From NCBI GenBank assembly GCA_013215605.1, contig JABSQW010000072.1, positions 1-58,568 on the forward strand: a stretch of 58,568 nucleotides of DNA, in the 5' to 3' direction. Position 1 is the stretch's first letter. Each line of letters starts with the position of its first letter. The stretch is from Myxococcales bacterium (GTDB taxonomy: Bacteria; Myxococcota_A; UBA9160; SMWR01). The notes under the pieces are model-generated. The model was not told the DNA's origin and did not search any database. It saw only the letters and a list, made by a program, of their open reading frames with translations. The position numbers were made by a program, and so were the translations under genes. This document shows, piece by piece, positions 22,225 through 31,574 of this stretch.

Positions 22225-23403
22225 TCAGGCGGCAACGACGTCTGGCTTCGGTTCCGGTCGTCTCGCGCGCAACACGAGCTCGGTGATCTCGGCCGGCGCA
22301 AACAGCCGCATCGGCGGTCCCCAGAACCCCGAGCCGCGGCTCACGTAGAGCTGGGAATCTCCGAGGCGGTAGTGCCCCGCCAGCCATGGGATCGCGAGCC
22401 TCACCAGGTAGTGGAACGGCCAGATCTGCCCGCCGTGAGTGTGTCCTGAGATCTGCAGATCGATACCGAGCCGCGCGGCCCGCTTGAACGTGGAGGGATC
22501 GTGCGCGAGCAGTACCGCCGGTCGCGACGCGTCGCGACCCGCGACAGCGGCCGGTAGATCTTCCCCGCCCGATCCGAGCATGTCGCCTCTGTGGTCGTCG
22601 ACGCCGATCAGATCGAAGCTCGCAATGCCGTCGCGAATTTCGACTCGGCGGTTGCGGAGCACCGTCAACCCGAGCTCGGCGACCTTCGCCGCCCAGTCGT
22701 CGGCGCCCGAGTAGTGGTCGTGGTTCCCCGTCACGAAGTAGACACCGTGACGCCCCTCGAGACCGGAGAAAGGTGCCACGGCCGGCGCGAGACCGGGCAC
22801 GCGACCATCGACGAGATCGCCCGTCAGTGCGACAAGATCCGCGTCGAGTTCGTTCACGCGGCGCGTGAGGCGCTCGGCGAAACGGCGTCCGATCAGCGGA
22901 CCGATGTGGATGTCGCTGATCTGCGCGATGCGAAATCCGTCGAGCGCACGCGGCCAGCGCGGCAGCTCGAGCTCGATGCGCACCAACCTCGGCGGTCCGA
23001 GCCCCGAGCGCAGCGCCGCCGCGGAAGCGACAGCAGCCATCGCGAGGACCACCACCGCGCGCTGCGTGGCGAGTGACGTCTCGCCCGGGTCGCCCAGCTC
23101 GGCTGTCGCGGCCGCTCCGGCGAAGAGGAAGAGCAGCAGGTCCGACGCACCGAGGATCACGACCAGCAGGAAGCTCGTGCCCATCCAGAGAGCGGCCGGC
23201 GCGGCGAACACCCGCGCGATCGAAAGCGGCAACGTCCGCTCGGCGATGGGTCCGGCGACCAGGCAGCTAGCGAGCAGTACGACGATCCCCGTCGCGAGAC
23301 TCCTCCAGGGCGCACCGAGCCCCGGCTCGACGATCAGGCGCTCGACCATGTAGACGTGGGCACCGAACAGCAACCCCGCGGCGAGCGCCGCGAAGACGAG
23401 CAT
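22225..23403 (-). CDS. Membrane-bound metallophosphoesterase (YkuE-like)
   Basis: N-terminal TM helices; SDIH, GDLVD, GNHD, LAHDP, SGHTHGGQ; start approximate. Confidence 0.92.
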   Translation of the reverse strand: MLVFAALAAGLLFGAHVYMVERLIVEPGLGAPWRSLATGIVVLLASCLVAGPIAERTLPLSIARVFAAPAALWMGTSFLLVVILGASDLLLFLFAGAAATAELGDPGETSLATQRAVVVLAMAAVASAAALRSGLGPPRLVRIELELPRWPRALDGFRIAQISDIHIGPLIGRRFAERLTRRVNELDADLVALTGDLVDGRVPGLAPAVAPFSGLEGRHGVYFVTGNHDHYSGADDWAAKVAELGLTVLRNRRVEIRDGIASFDLIGVDDHRGDMLGSGGEDLPAAVAGRDASRPAVLLAHDPSTFKRAARLGIDLQISGHTHGGQIWPFHYLVRLAIPWLAGHYRLGDSQLYVSRGSGFWGPPMRLFAPAEITELVLRARRPEPKPDVVAA

Positions 23404-23589
23404 CGCCAAAACGGTTCCAGACCGCACGGCCCGCGAAGTTTCCGAAGAAGACACAACCGCAGGATACCCATCCGCAACCTGGCGCAACTTGGGGACGTTC
23501 CACGCCAACTTGGGGGCGATCCAACTCGACCCAGGTCGGGTCGCGAAGTCCTTCCCCTTCGGAGAGGGAGGACGGTAAGATCCCGTCCC

Positions 23590-24348
23590 ATGGAACTTCG
23601 TCTCGACGGGAAGGTCGCGCTGGTCACTGGCGGATCGCGCGGAATTGGACTGCAGATCGCGCGGGTGTACGCGGAGGCCGGTGCAAAGCTGATGATCACC
23701 TCGCGCAAGGCGGAAGCTTGCGAGAAAGCCGCTGCCAGCATCGACGGCGAGGTCGCGTGGGCGCCGAGCAACGTCGGCAAGCTCGACGATGCGGAGCGAG
23801 TGATCGACGCGACGCTCGATCGCTTCGGCGCGCTCGACATCCTCGTCAACAACGCCGCGACGAACCCCTACGCGGGACCGGCGATCGACGTCGATCTACC
23901 GCGCTGGGAAAAGACGATCTCCGTGAACCTGACCGCACCGATGTTCTGGACCCAGCTCGCCTGGCGACGCGCGATGAAGAAAGGCGGCGGCGTGGTCATC
24001 AACCTCTCGTCCGTCGGCGGACTCGCCACCAGCCCGATCCTCGGCGTGTACGACGTCACGAAGGCCGCCCTCATCCATCTGACGATGCAGCTCGCCGCGG
24101 AGCTCGCCCCCCAGGTTCGCGTCAACGCCATCGCACCCGGCCTCATCAAGACCGACTTCGCGCGAGTGTTGTGGGACGAAGGGCGGGGCGAGAAGGTCGC
24201 GAAGGCCTACCCCCTCGGCCGACTGGGCGAAACCCAGGACATCGCGGGCGCCGCGTTGTTCCTCGCGTCCGAATCGGGGAGCTGGATCACGGGGCAGACG
24301 CTGGTGCTCGACGGCGGCGGACTGGTCGCGTTCAAAACGGTCGCGTGA
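23590..24348 (+). CDS. Short-chain dehydrogenase/reductase
   Basis: TGGSRGIG, NNAA, YDVTK, VNAIAPG, ITGQTLVLDGG. Confidence 0.95.
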   Translation: MELRLDGKVALVTGGSRGIGLQIARVYAEAGAKLMITSRKAEACEKAAASIDGEVAWAPSNVGKLDDAERVIDATLDRFGALDILVNNAATNPYAGPAIDVDLPRWEKTISVNLTAPMFWTQLAWRRAMKKGGGVVINLSSVGGLATSPILGVYDVTKAALIHLTMQLAAELAPQVRVNAIAPGLIKTDFARVLWDEGRGEKVAKAYPLGRLGETQDIAGAALFLASESGSWITGQTLVLDGGGLVAFKTVA

Positions 24349-24554
24349 TCGGGCAAGACCGCTTCGTCCCCCAAGCCAACCTCCCGCTGTCGGCGACGCA
24401 CATCTCGCGAATCTCGTCGCGGAGATCACGGGGGCGGAAGGAATTCCGGAGAACGTTCGCGTCCGCGGCGGCGGACGAGCGTGCTCTGATCGCGAGAGAC
24501 TACAAAAAATAATCGATATTTTTCAAAAGGTTAGAGGAAGAGTTGCCGGTGTGT

Positions 24555-25571
24555 CTACCAGCCGCGCAGGTCGATGGGCCAGCTTTCGACGACGCCCTCG
24601 CCCGACACCAGATGCACCCGTTCGTGGTAGGCGACGGTGGGATCGACGTGTGCCGGAACGACGCGAATGCGATCGCCGACCCGAGGCAGCGCGACGGCTT
24701 CGCGGTCATCGCCCTCGGCGCGACCGAACGTGACGTGTTCGTCGGAGCAGAACCACACGCGGTAGCCGTCGATCGTCGGATCGCCGTGATCCATGCCAAG
24801 CGCCTTGAGCCCGCAGTCGGCGACCGCGTAGTTGGAGGAACGGGAGATCACGGTGGCGAGGAGGAATAGCGCCGGTCGGAATGGCGATCCGATCTTTGCG
24901 TACGCGGTGTCCATGAGAGCGTACGAGCCGGCCTGGATCTCTGTCGCGAAGCCGTTGCACGCGTAGCTCCCGGTGCCGCCGGCGGAGATGACGTCGCCCC
25001 CGACGTCGGCGTGTGCAGCGGCGAGGCGATCCATCGACGCGGCGACGATACCGGCGCGTTCGCCGGCGTCTTCGATCAGCATGGCGTGCCCCTCGTAGCC
25101 CATCACACCACGCACTTCGAGCTTCTTCCTGCGGGCGAGGTCTGCGAGCGACCCGGCTCGATCGGGATCGCAGCCGCAGCGAGGCAGTCCGACGTTGACA
25201 TCGATGAGCACTTCGCGAACGCCACCCATCGCAGCGGCGTCGATCGTCTCCTCCGAATCGACCGCGACGGTCACACGGGCGTCGAGCGCACCGAGACGTC
25301 GAGCGTCGAGCACCTCGTTCGCGAGCAGGAGGTCGTCGCCGAGGCCTGCACGCGCGAGGCCCTCCATTTCCCGCACGGTCGCACACGTGAACCCGCGGTG
25401 ACCGAGCTTCGACTGGCGCCGCGCGAGCTCGCTGCACTTGTGGGCCTTCACGTGCGGGCGGAGTCGCGGACCCGGTAGCGCCTCGGACATGACTTTCAGG
25501 TTGTGGTCGAGCGTCGCGGCATCGAGCAGGAGCGCCGGGGTCGGGAGATCGTCGATGAAGTTCCCCGTCAC
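24555..25571 (-). CDS. Fold-type III PLP enzyme (D-threonine aldolase / DSD1 family)
   Basis: LPTPALLLD, RPHVKAHK, GVMGYEGH, GGTGSY, EIQAGSY, SDEH, PAHVDPT. Confidence 0.9.
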   Translation of the reverse strand: MTGNFIDDLPTPALLLDAATLDHNLKVMSEALPGPRLRPHVKAHKCSELARRQSKLGHRGFTCATVREMEGLARAGLGDDLLLANEVLDARRLGALDARVTVAVDSEETIDAAAMGGVREVLIDVNVGLPRCGCDPDRAGSLADLARRKKLEVRGVMGYEGHAMLIEDAGERAGIVAASMDRLAAAHADVGGDVISAGGTGSYACNGFATEIQAGSYALMDTAYAKIGSPFRPALFLLATVISRSSNYAVADCGLKALGMDHGDPTIDGYRVWFCSDEHVTFGRAEGDDREAVALPRVGDRIRVVPAHVDPTVAYHERVHLVSGEGVVESWPIDLRGW

Positions 25572-25701
25572 GTAGCCACCCCCGTCTTTCGCAACCATCC
25601 CCATCCAGAGCCACCGGGGTTCACCCGAAGTGGACCACGGGAACGCCCGAGTCGATCGTTTGCAGTCGATTTGCGGATCGAATCCACCCATTCGACGCAG
25701 C

Positions 25702-26037
25702 GTGAAGAAAGATTACGACGCCATTGGTATCGGCGCCGGCTCGGCGGGCCGGGCGGCCGCGCTCGACTTGCCTGAAGCGACTCCAGGGAGCTCGGGGACG
25801 CTCGGGCCCCAAGCGATTGCGGCCCTCGATCGGCATGGAACCGCGGCGAATCGTCCCGTCGAGCGGTGCGAGGTCTCCAGCGCGCGCGAAGTGTGCGGCG
25901 GCCGACAGGCTCTGGTTCGTTCCCTGTATAGTCGTCGCGTGCTCGTCTCTCCGGGTTTCCGAGAGCTCGATTCGGCTGCATTCGCCCGCGAGAAGAAGCG
26001 AAGTCAGCGATTCCCGGCGTTCTTCCCCTCGCGCTGA
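25702..26037 (+). pseudogene. Remnant of an FAD-dependent oxidoreductase
   Basis: Begins KKDYDAIGIGAGSAGRAAAL (Rossmann GxGxxG with an eroded beta strand), then degenerates and stops after ~110 codons. Confidence 0.5.
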
Positions 26038-26082
26038 GCCAGGGGCGCTCATCTAATCGAAACACCGGACACGGAGCCGTCA

Positions 26083-27177
26083 ATGACCGTTCGATCTCTG
26101 TCCACCGCGAGCTATCCGCGGTCTGTCGTCCTCCTTGGGCTGGCTTGTCTGGCCTGCACGCTCACACTTTCTCCCGAAGCGGTCAGTGCCGGCGGGATCG
26201 GCCTCGCGCGCGAAGTCTTCGTCGACACCTCTCGCCCGACCAAGGCGAGCCCGCCCTTCGAAGGGGAAGCGGTGCGGCGACTCGACACGTGGATCTGGTA
26301 TCCCGCGGACACCGATACCGGCGAGCCCGTCGCCGATGCTCCGCTGGGCAAAGGCTCACCGTGGCCTTTGATCGTGTACAGCCACGGCACCTATGGCCAG
26401 CCCAACAACGCGACGCACTTCATCGAGTATCTCGCGAGTCGCGGCTACGTGGTCGCGGCGCCGGCCTTTCCGCTGACCTCGCGCATTGCACACACGAAGT
26501 TGCCGGCCGCCGACGTCAGTGACGCCGGCAACCAGCCGGGAGACGTCAGCTTCGTGATCGACTCGCTCCTCGCGCACCCGCAGTACGGCCCCGCGATCGA
26601 CGCCGCGCGGATCGGTGCGACGGGCATCTCGCTCGGCGGAATCACGACCTACTTCGCGAGCTTCGGCTACCCGACCCTCGACCCGAGGATCAAGGCGAGT
26701 GCGCCCATTGCGGGAGGCGACCCTCCGTACGCTTCGTTGAGTTTCGGCCTCGGTTTCGAGGGCACGGTCTACGCTCCCGTCTCCGTCCCCGCGCTGTTGC
26801 TGGTGGGCGACGCCGACATCTTTTCCTCCACCACCGGCGGACCCGCGGCCGCCTACGCGCGCTTGAAGGCTCCCAAGTACATGGTCGAGATCCGCGATGC
26901 GCCCCACGTCTGGTTCGGCAACCGCGCGAACGTGCCACCGGAAAACCGCAACCCCGACTGTTTGTTCTTCGAGGACCAGACGGACATGGTTCTGCCCATG
27001 TGCGCCGAACGCCGACCCCTGATCGACCCCGCTCGCCAGAAGACGATCGTGCGCCATGCGCTCCTCGCCTTCTTCGACGCGTACCTGAAGGATGATGCCG
27101 AGGCGCTGTCGCGCATCGGATCCATCGGAAAGACCTTCGACGAGGTCACCCTCCACCGGAAGCTTTCGAAGCCGTGA
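26083..27177 (+). CDS. Secreted alpha/beta hydrolase (dienelactone hydrolase/PAF-AH-like)
   Basis: Signal peptide, PLIVYSHG, YLASRGYVVAAP, nucleophile GISLGG, GDAD, APH. Confidence 0.85.
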   Translation: MTVRSLSTASYPRSVVLLGLACLACTLTLSPEAVSAGGIGLAREVFVDTSRPTKASPPFEGEAVRRLDTWIWYPADTDTGEPVADAPLGKGSPWPLIVYSHGTYGQPNNATHFIEYLASRGYVVAAPAFPLTSRIAHTKLPAADVSDAGNQPGDVSFVIDSLLAHPQYGPAIDAARIGATGISLGGITTYFASFGYPTLDPRIKASAPIAGGDPPYASLSFGLGFEGTVYAPVSVPALLLVGDADIFSSTTGGPAAAYARLKAPKYMVEIRDAPHVWFGNRANVPPENRNPDCLFFEDQTDMVLPMCAERRPLIDPARQKTIVRHALLAFFDAYLKDDAEALSRIGSIGKTFDEVTLHRKLSKP

Positions 27178-27294
27178 TCGCGTCCCCAGTGCTCACGCGG
27201 GCCGGCGGGCCACGGTTCGCGCCAAACGGCCGACAGCCCCCACCGACCACCAGCCTGCGACCGACGAGCACCGCGATTCCGGTCGACGAGGGAA

Positions 27295-28257
27295 CTAGAA
27301 GCGACGAGCTTGGGGCAGGACCTCGGTCGCCACCTGCTCGAGCGCTTCGACGGCGCCGGCGAAGCTCGGATCGGAGGCCAGGCTGATTCCGGCGACCAGG
27401 TGCTCGAGCCCCGCGTCGGCGAAACTCCGCAGTCCCTCGAGGACCTCTTCGGTCGTGCCCCGCATCGATGCACCTTCGATCGCGGGCAAGCCGTCTCCCA
27501 ACACGATGCCTTCAATCAGCGAGACCGTGATCGAAGCGGGCGCCCTTCCCGCTCGCTCCGCGAGCTCTCGAAGACGCGCGGTCTCGGCAGCCAGGGACGT
27601 TGGATCCGAAGCGATCGCCAGGTAGCCGTCCCCGAGCTCGACCGCGCGGCGTAGCGCGCGCTCGCCCTTGCCTCCAATCCAGACCGGCAGACGCGTCTCG
27701 CGCGCTGGCTGCGGGCGCGCCCCGATCTCGTCGAAGTCCACGAAGGGCCCCGAGTAGCTGGCCGCCTCCTTGGCCGTCCAGGCGGCTTGCATGGCGCGCA
27801 GGTAGTCCATCGTGACCGCGCCGCGGCGATCGAAGTGGTCGGCGGGAAGCCCCAGGGCCTCGAACTCGTCGCGCAGCCAGCCGACGCCGGCTCCCAGAAT
27901 GATGCGGCCCTCCGCGAGCTGATCGGCAGTGGCCAACATCTTCGCCGTGGTGAGTGGGTGGCGATACGGAATTACGAGGACCGAAACGCCTATTTCGACG
28001 CGCTCGGTCGCCTGGGCCAACGCCCCCATCAGGACCAGCGGTTCGTGGATGTCCTGGTCCCACGAGTAGGGGAAGGTGCCCGTCGAGTTGTGGGGATAGG
28101 GTGCCTGGCGTTCGCGCGGCAGGACGATGTGGTCGGTCACCCAGACCGAATCGAAACCCAGGCCCTCGGCGTGAACGGCGAGATCGACGCAGGCGCGGGT
28201 GCTGCGCCCGGTGTCGGGAAAGCCGGCAAAGTTGTGAACGAGGACGCCGATCTTCAC
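27295..28257 (-). CDS. LLM-class, probably F420-dependent oxidoreductase (Rv2161c-like)
   Basis: GFDSVWVTDHIV, PYRHPLTTAK, GRIILGAGVGWLRDEF, PVWIGG. Confidence 0.88.
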   Translation of the reverse strand: MKIGVLVHNFAGFPDTGRSTRACVDLAVHAEGLGFDSVWVTDHIVLPRERQAPYPHNSTGTFPYSWDQDIHEPLVLMGALAQATERVEIGVSVLVIPYRHPLTTAKMLATADQLAEGRIILGAGVGWLRDEFEALGLPADHFDRRGAVTMDYLRAMQAAWTAKEAASYSGPFVDFDEIGARPQPARETRLPVWIGGKGERALRRAVELGDGYLAIASDPTSLAAETARLRELAERAGRAPASITVSLIEGIVLGDGLPAIEGASMRGTTEEVLEGLRSFADAGLEHLVAGISLASDPSFAGAVEALEQVATEVLPQARRF

Positions 28258-28289
28258 GGCTTTAGATTAGAAGAAAAGGTGGAGCTCGC

Positions 28290-28859
28290 TCATTGGCCAT
28301 CGCGCGTCAGCACCACGCGCTGTGCGGTTCCGGGATTCGGAGCACCCGCCGTCTCGCCCAGCAGGCGAATCTCGGCCGTGAGCGACTGAGGTTCGATGTC
28401 GAGCAGTCCGACGGTCCCCAGGCGGTACTCCTTGTGGTGGGGCAGCGTGGGGCTTCCCGGGTTGACGAGCAGCACGTCCTCCCGCCGTTCGAGGATCTCG
28501 AGGTGCGTGTCGCCGCTGACCAGCACGTCGACGGGGTGGCCGCCGAGGTGCTGGTCCAGGATCTCCGCCGTGGGCCGGGCTCGCGGCCGGATCTCGTGGA
28601 CGAGTCCGATGCGCCAGCCCTCGAGGGTGAGCCGGTGCACGGGCGCCATGCGCGGGTCCTCGAACAGGTCGTTGTTCCCCCGCGCGACGAGGGTCGGGGC
28701 GAACTCCTCCAGCCAGTCGATCACACTCGGCGCGGTGACGTCGCCGGCGTGTAGAATCAAATCCGCCGTTGCCAGGAAGTCACGGATCTCAGGCCCGAGT
28801 TCATCGAGCTGTCGGATCACGGAGGGAAGATGGGTATCGGCGATCAGCCCGACTCGCAC
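28290..28859 (-). CDS. YfcE/MJ0936-family metallophosphoesterase
   Basis: IADTH, HAGD, ARGNND, SGDTH, NPGS. Confidence 0.9.
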   Translation of the reverse strand: MRVGLIADTHLPSVIRQLDELGPEIRDFLATADLILHAGDVTAPSVIDWLEEFAPTLVARGNNDLFEDPRMAPVHRLTLEGWRIGLVHEIRPRARPTAEILDQHLGGHPVDVLVSGDTHLEILERREDVLLVNPGSPTLPHHKEYRLGTVGLLDIEPQSLTAEIRLLGETAGAPNPGTAQRVVLTRDGQ

Positions 28860-28930
28860 GCGCCCACTCTACGAGAAGCCTCGTCGATGGCGCAAACAAC
28901 GCGGCCCCGCGCCGCTGACGGACGACCCGC

Positions 28931-30121
28931 ATGAACCCCGAGCGCAGCGCCAGCATCGTCGGAATCTCGGAATACCCCCTGAGACTCGCACGCGGCGTGT
29001 CCCCGATGGAGATCAAGGTCGACTGCATTCGCGCAGCGCTCGACGACGCGGGGCTCCGCTGGAGTGACATCGACGCGGTGTACGACGCCGGCGATGGCGA
29101 GGCGGGCGGCGGGCTGCAGCTGAGTGCGTACCTGGGCCTGCGCCCATCGGTGATCGACACGACACAGGTCGGGGGGTCGTCCTACGAGTTCCAGGCCGCG
29201 CACGCGCTGCGCGACATCGCGGCGGGGAAGTGCCGCGTGGCGATCCTGAGCTACGGCTCGACGGCGGCCTCGAACCGCTTTGCGATCGGTACGGGTGGGC
29301 TGCATCGCGGTGGCGGTGGCAACTGGCAGGCGAACATGGAGATGCCCTACGGCTCCACGCTGATCGCCAACTACGCGATGGTGAAGCAGCGCCACATGCA
29401 CGAGTACGGCACCACGACGGAGCAGCTGGCGGGCATCTCGGTCTCCACGCGGCGCCACGCCATGCGCAACCCCGAGGCCGTCAAGGCGATGACCGACCTC
29501 GAGTTCGTGGGCGTGAACGAGATCACCGCGGCCGATGTCCTCGAATCGCGCATCGTCGCGGACCCCCTGCACCTGCTGGAGTGCTGCATGATCAGCGACG
29601 GTGGCGGCGCGGTGGTGATCGCTTCGGCCGAGGTGGCGCGCGACGCGCGCAAGCCGCCGGTCTGGATCATCGGCAGCGGTGAGGCGACCAAGTACTGCGA
29701 GAACGACGGCGACATCACCACGAGCGCGGGCGCACAGAGTGGGCCCGAGGCGTTCGGCCACGCCGGCGTCCGGCCCGACGAGGTCGACATCGCAATGATC
29801 TACGACTCCTTCAGCATCACCGTCGCGGTGTGTCTGGAAGACATCGGCTTCTGCAAGAAGGGGGAGGCGGGCGACTTCGTCGCCGGCGGCCGGCTGGCCT
29901 TCGACCAGCCCGGGAGGCTCACGCTCAACACCGATGGCGGTGGGCTCTCCTCCAACCACCCGGGCATGCGCGGCATCTTCCTGCTGATCGAGGCCACGCG
30001 CCAGCTCCGGGGAGAGTCGACCTCGCAGGTTCCGGATGCGCGGATCGCCCTCGCGCACGGAAACGGCGGCATGCTCGGCAGCACGCACACGGGCGGCACC
30101 GTGATCCTGGCGAGGGACTGA
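28931..30121 (+). CDS. Thiolase-like protein (SCPx/Ltp type, no catalytic Cys)
   Basis: Thiolase fold motifs HMHEYGTT, SDGGGA, YDSFS, NTDGGGLS, EATRQLRG; GGSS where CxSG is expected. Confidence 0.88.
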   Translation: MNPERSASIVGISEYPLRLARGVSPMEIKVDCIRAALDDAGLRWSDIDAVYDAGDGEAGGGLQLSAYLGLRPSVIDTTQVGGSSYEFQAAHALRDIAAGKCRVAILSYGSTAASNRFAIGTGGLHRGGGGNWQANMEMPYGSTLIANYAMVKQRHMHEYGTTTEQLAGISVSTRRHAMRNPEAVKAMTDLEFVGVNEITAADVLESRIVADPLHLLECCMISDGGGAVVIASAEVARDARKPPVWIIGSGEATKYCENDGDITTSAGAQSGPEAFGHAGVRPDEVDIAMIYDSFSITVAVCLEDIGFCKKGEAGDFVAGGRLAFDQPGRLTLNTDGGGLSSNHPGMRGIFLLIEATRQLRGESTSQVPDARIALAHGNGGMLGSTHTGGTVILARD

Positions 30122-30124
30122 AGC

Positions 30125-30538
30125 ATGCCCAAACGACCCCAGCCCAGATTTCCCGAGCCCAACACCGAGCCCTACTGGAACGGCGTGAAGGAACGCGAGC
30201 TCCGCTACCCGGTGTGCACCGTGTGCGACCAAGTAGTCTTCACTCCACGGATGCACTGCCCCGCGTGCGGCGCGCGCGACCTCGAGTGGAGGACGTCGAG
30301 CGGTGAGGGCACGGTGTACACCTTCTCCGTCGTGCGCCAGAACCGCATGCCGGGCTTCATCGACCTCGGTGCCTACTCGGTGGCGTACATCGATCTCGAC
30401 GAGGGCTTTCGCCTGCTGAGCAGCGTCGTCGGCGTCGACGACCCGACGCGCGATATCCACATCGGCCAGCGCGTCCGCGTCGAGTTCGAGGAGCAGGAAG
30501 AAGGCGAGTACCCGATCCCGGTGTTCCGGCCGGTCTAG
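30125..30538 (+). CDS. DUF35 Zn-ribbon/OB-fold protein (ChsH2-like thiolase partner)
   Basis: CxxC...CPxC, GEGTVYTFSVV, IDLDEG; immediately follows the thiolase-like gene. Confidence 0.92.
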   Translation: MPKRPQPRFPEPNTEPYWNGVKERELRYPVCTVCDQVVFTPRMHCPACGARDLEWRTSSGEGTVYTFSVVRQNRMPGFIDLGAYSVAYIDLDEGFRLLSSVVGVDDPTRDIHIGQRVRVEFEEQEEGEYPIPVFRPV

Positions 30539-30635
30539 GAGCTCGCGGGCGCCCACTCGAACACGCCCGCAGAATGCTCGGATCCGTCCGGCGTGAGTCG
30601 GAAGCCGGGGCCGGGATTCGTATTCACTGCATCGG

Positions 30636-31556
30636 TCAGAGACGAGTCAGCCAGCTCTCGTACTTGCTCTGCTTCCCCTCGACGATCTCGAAGAAGGACT
30701 CCTGGAGGAGCTTCGTCGTCGGTCCGCGTTTTCCGCTGCCGATGGTGCGGCGGTCGACCTCGCGAATCGGGGTGACTTCCGCGGCGGTTCCCGTGAGGAA
30801 GAGCTCGTCGGCAATGTAGAGCTCGTCGCGCGTGACGGTGCGCTCCGTGATGGGAATGCCCTTGTCGCGAGCGATCTCGATCACCGACGCCCGGGTGATG
30901 CCGGCGAGCACGGTGTGCGGGGGCGGAGTCACGAGCAGACCATCGCGCACCATGAAGATGTTCTCGCCACTCGCCTCCGCGACCAGGCCGTCGGTATCGA
31001 GCATGATGGCCTCGTCGTAGCCGTCGAGCAGGGCTTCGCGTTTCGCGAGAATCGAGTTCACGTAGTCGCCGCAGGTCTTGCCCTTGGTCATCTTCGAGTT
31101 GGGAAAGTGACGGCTGAACGTGGACACCTTCGCGCGGATCCCCGACTCCATGCCCTCTTCCCCGAGATACTTGCCCCATTCCCACGCAATGATGGCGACG
31201 CGCACGGCGTTGTCGCCGGGGTTGAGACCCATCTCGCCGTCGCCGATGAAGATGATCGGACGCACGTAGCCCTCGGCGAGACGATTCTGACGGAGCGTCT
31301 CGAGGATCGCGGTCTCGATGTCGGCCTGGGAATACGGTACATCGAGGAGGTTGATGTGCGCCGAGTCGAAGAGCCGGCGGACATGCTCGGGCAGGCGGAA
31401 TACCGCCGAGGCACCGTCGGCGGTGCGGTAGCAGCGAATGCCCTCGAACACGCCGAGCCCGTAGTGGAGCGTGTGGGTGAGAATGTGGACGTTCGCGTCC
31501 GCCCAGTCGACGAACGCACCGTCGATCCAGACCTTCTCGCCGGTCACCGTAGCCAT
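30636..31556 (-). CDS. ilvE: Branched-chain amino acid aminotransferase
   Basis: [43 protein letters not shown]. Confidence 0.97.
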   Translation of the reverse strand: MATVTGEKVWIDGAFVDWADANVHILTHTLHYGLGVFEGIRCYRTADGASAVFRLPEHVRRLFDSAHINLLDVPYSQADIETAILETLRQNRLAEGYVRPIIFIGDGEMGLNPGDNAVRVAIIAWEWGKYLGEEGMESGIRAKVSTFSRHFPNSKMTKGKTCGDYVNSILAKREALLDGYDEAIMLDTDGLVAEASGENIFMVRDGLLVTPPPHTVLAGITRASVIEIARDKGIPITERTVTRDELYIADELFLTGTAAEVTPIREVDRRTIGSGKRGPTTKLLQESFFEIVEGKQSKYESWLTRL

Positions 31557-31574
31557 CGATTGCCTCCGCCGGGG

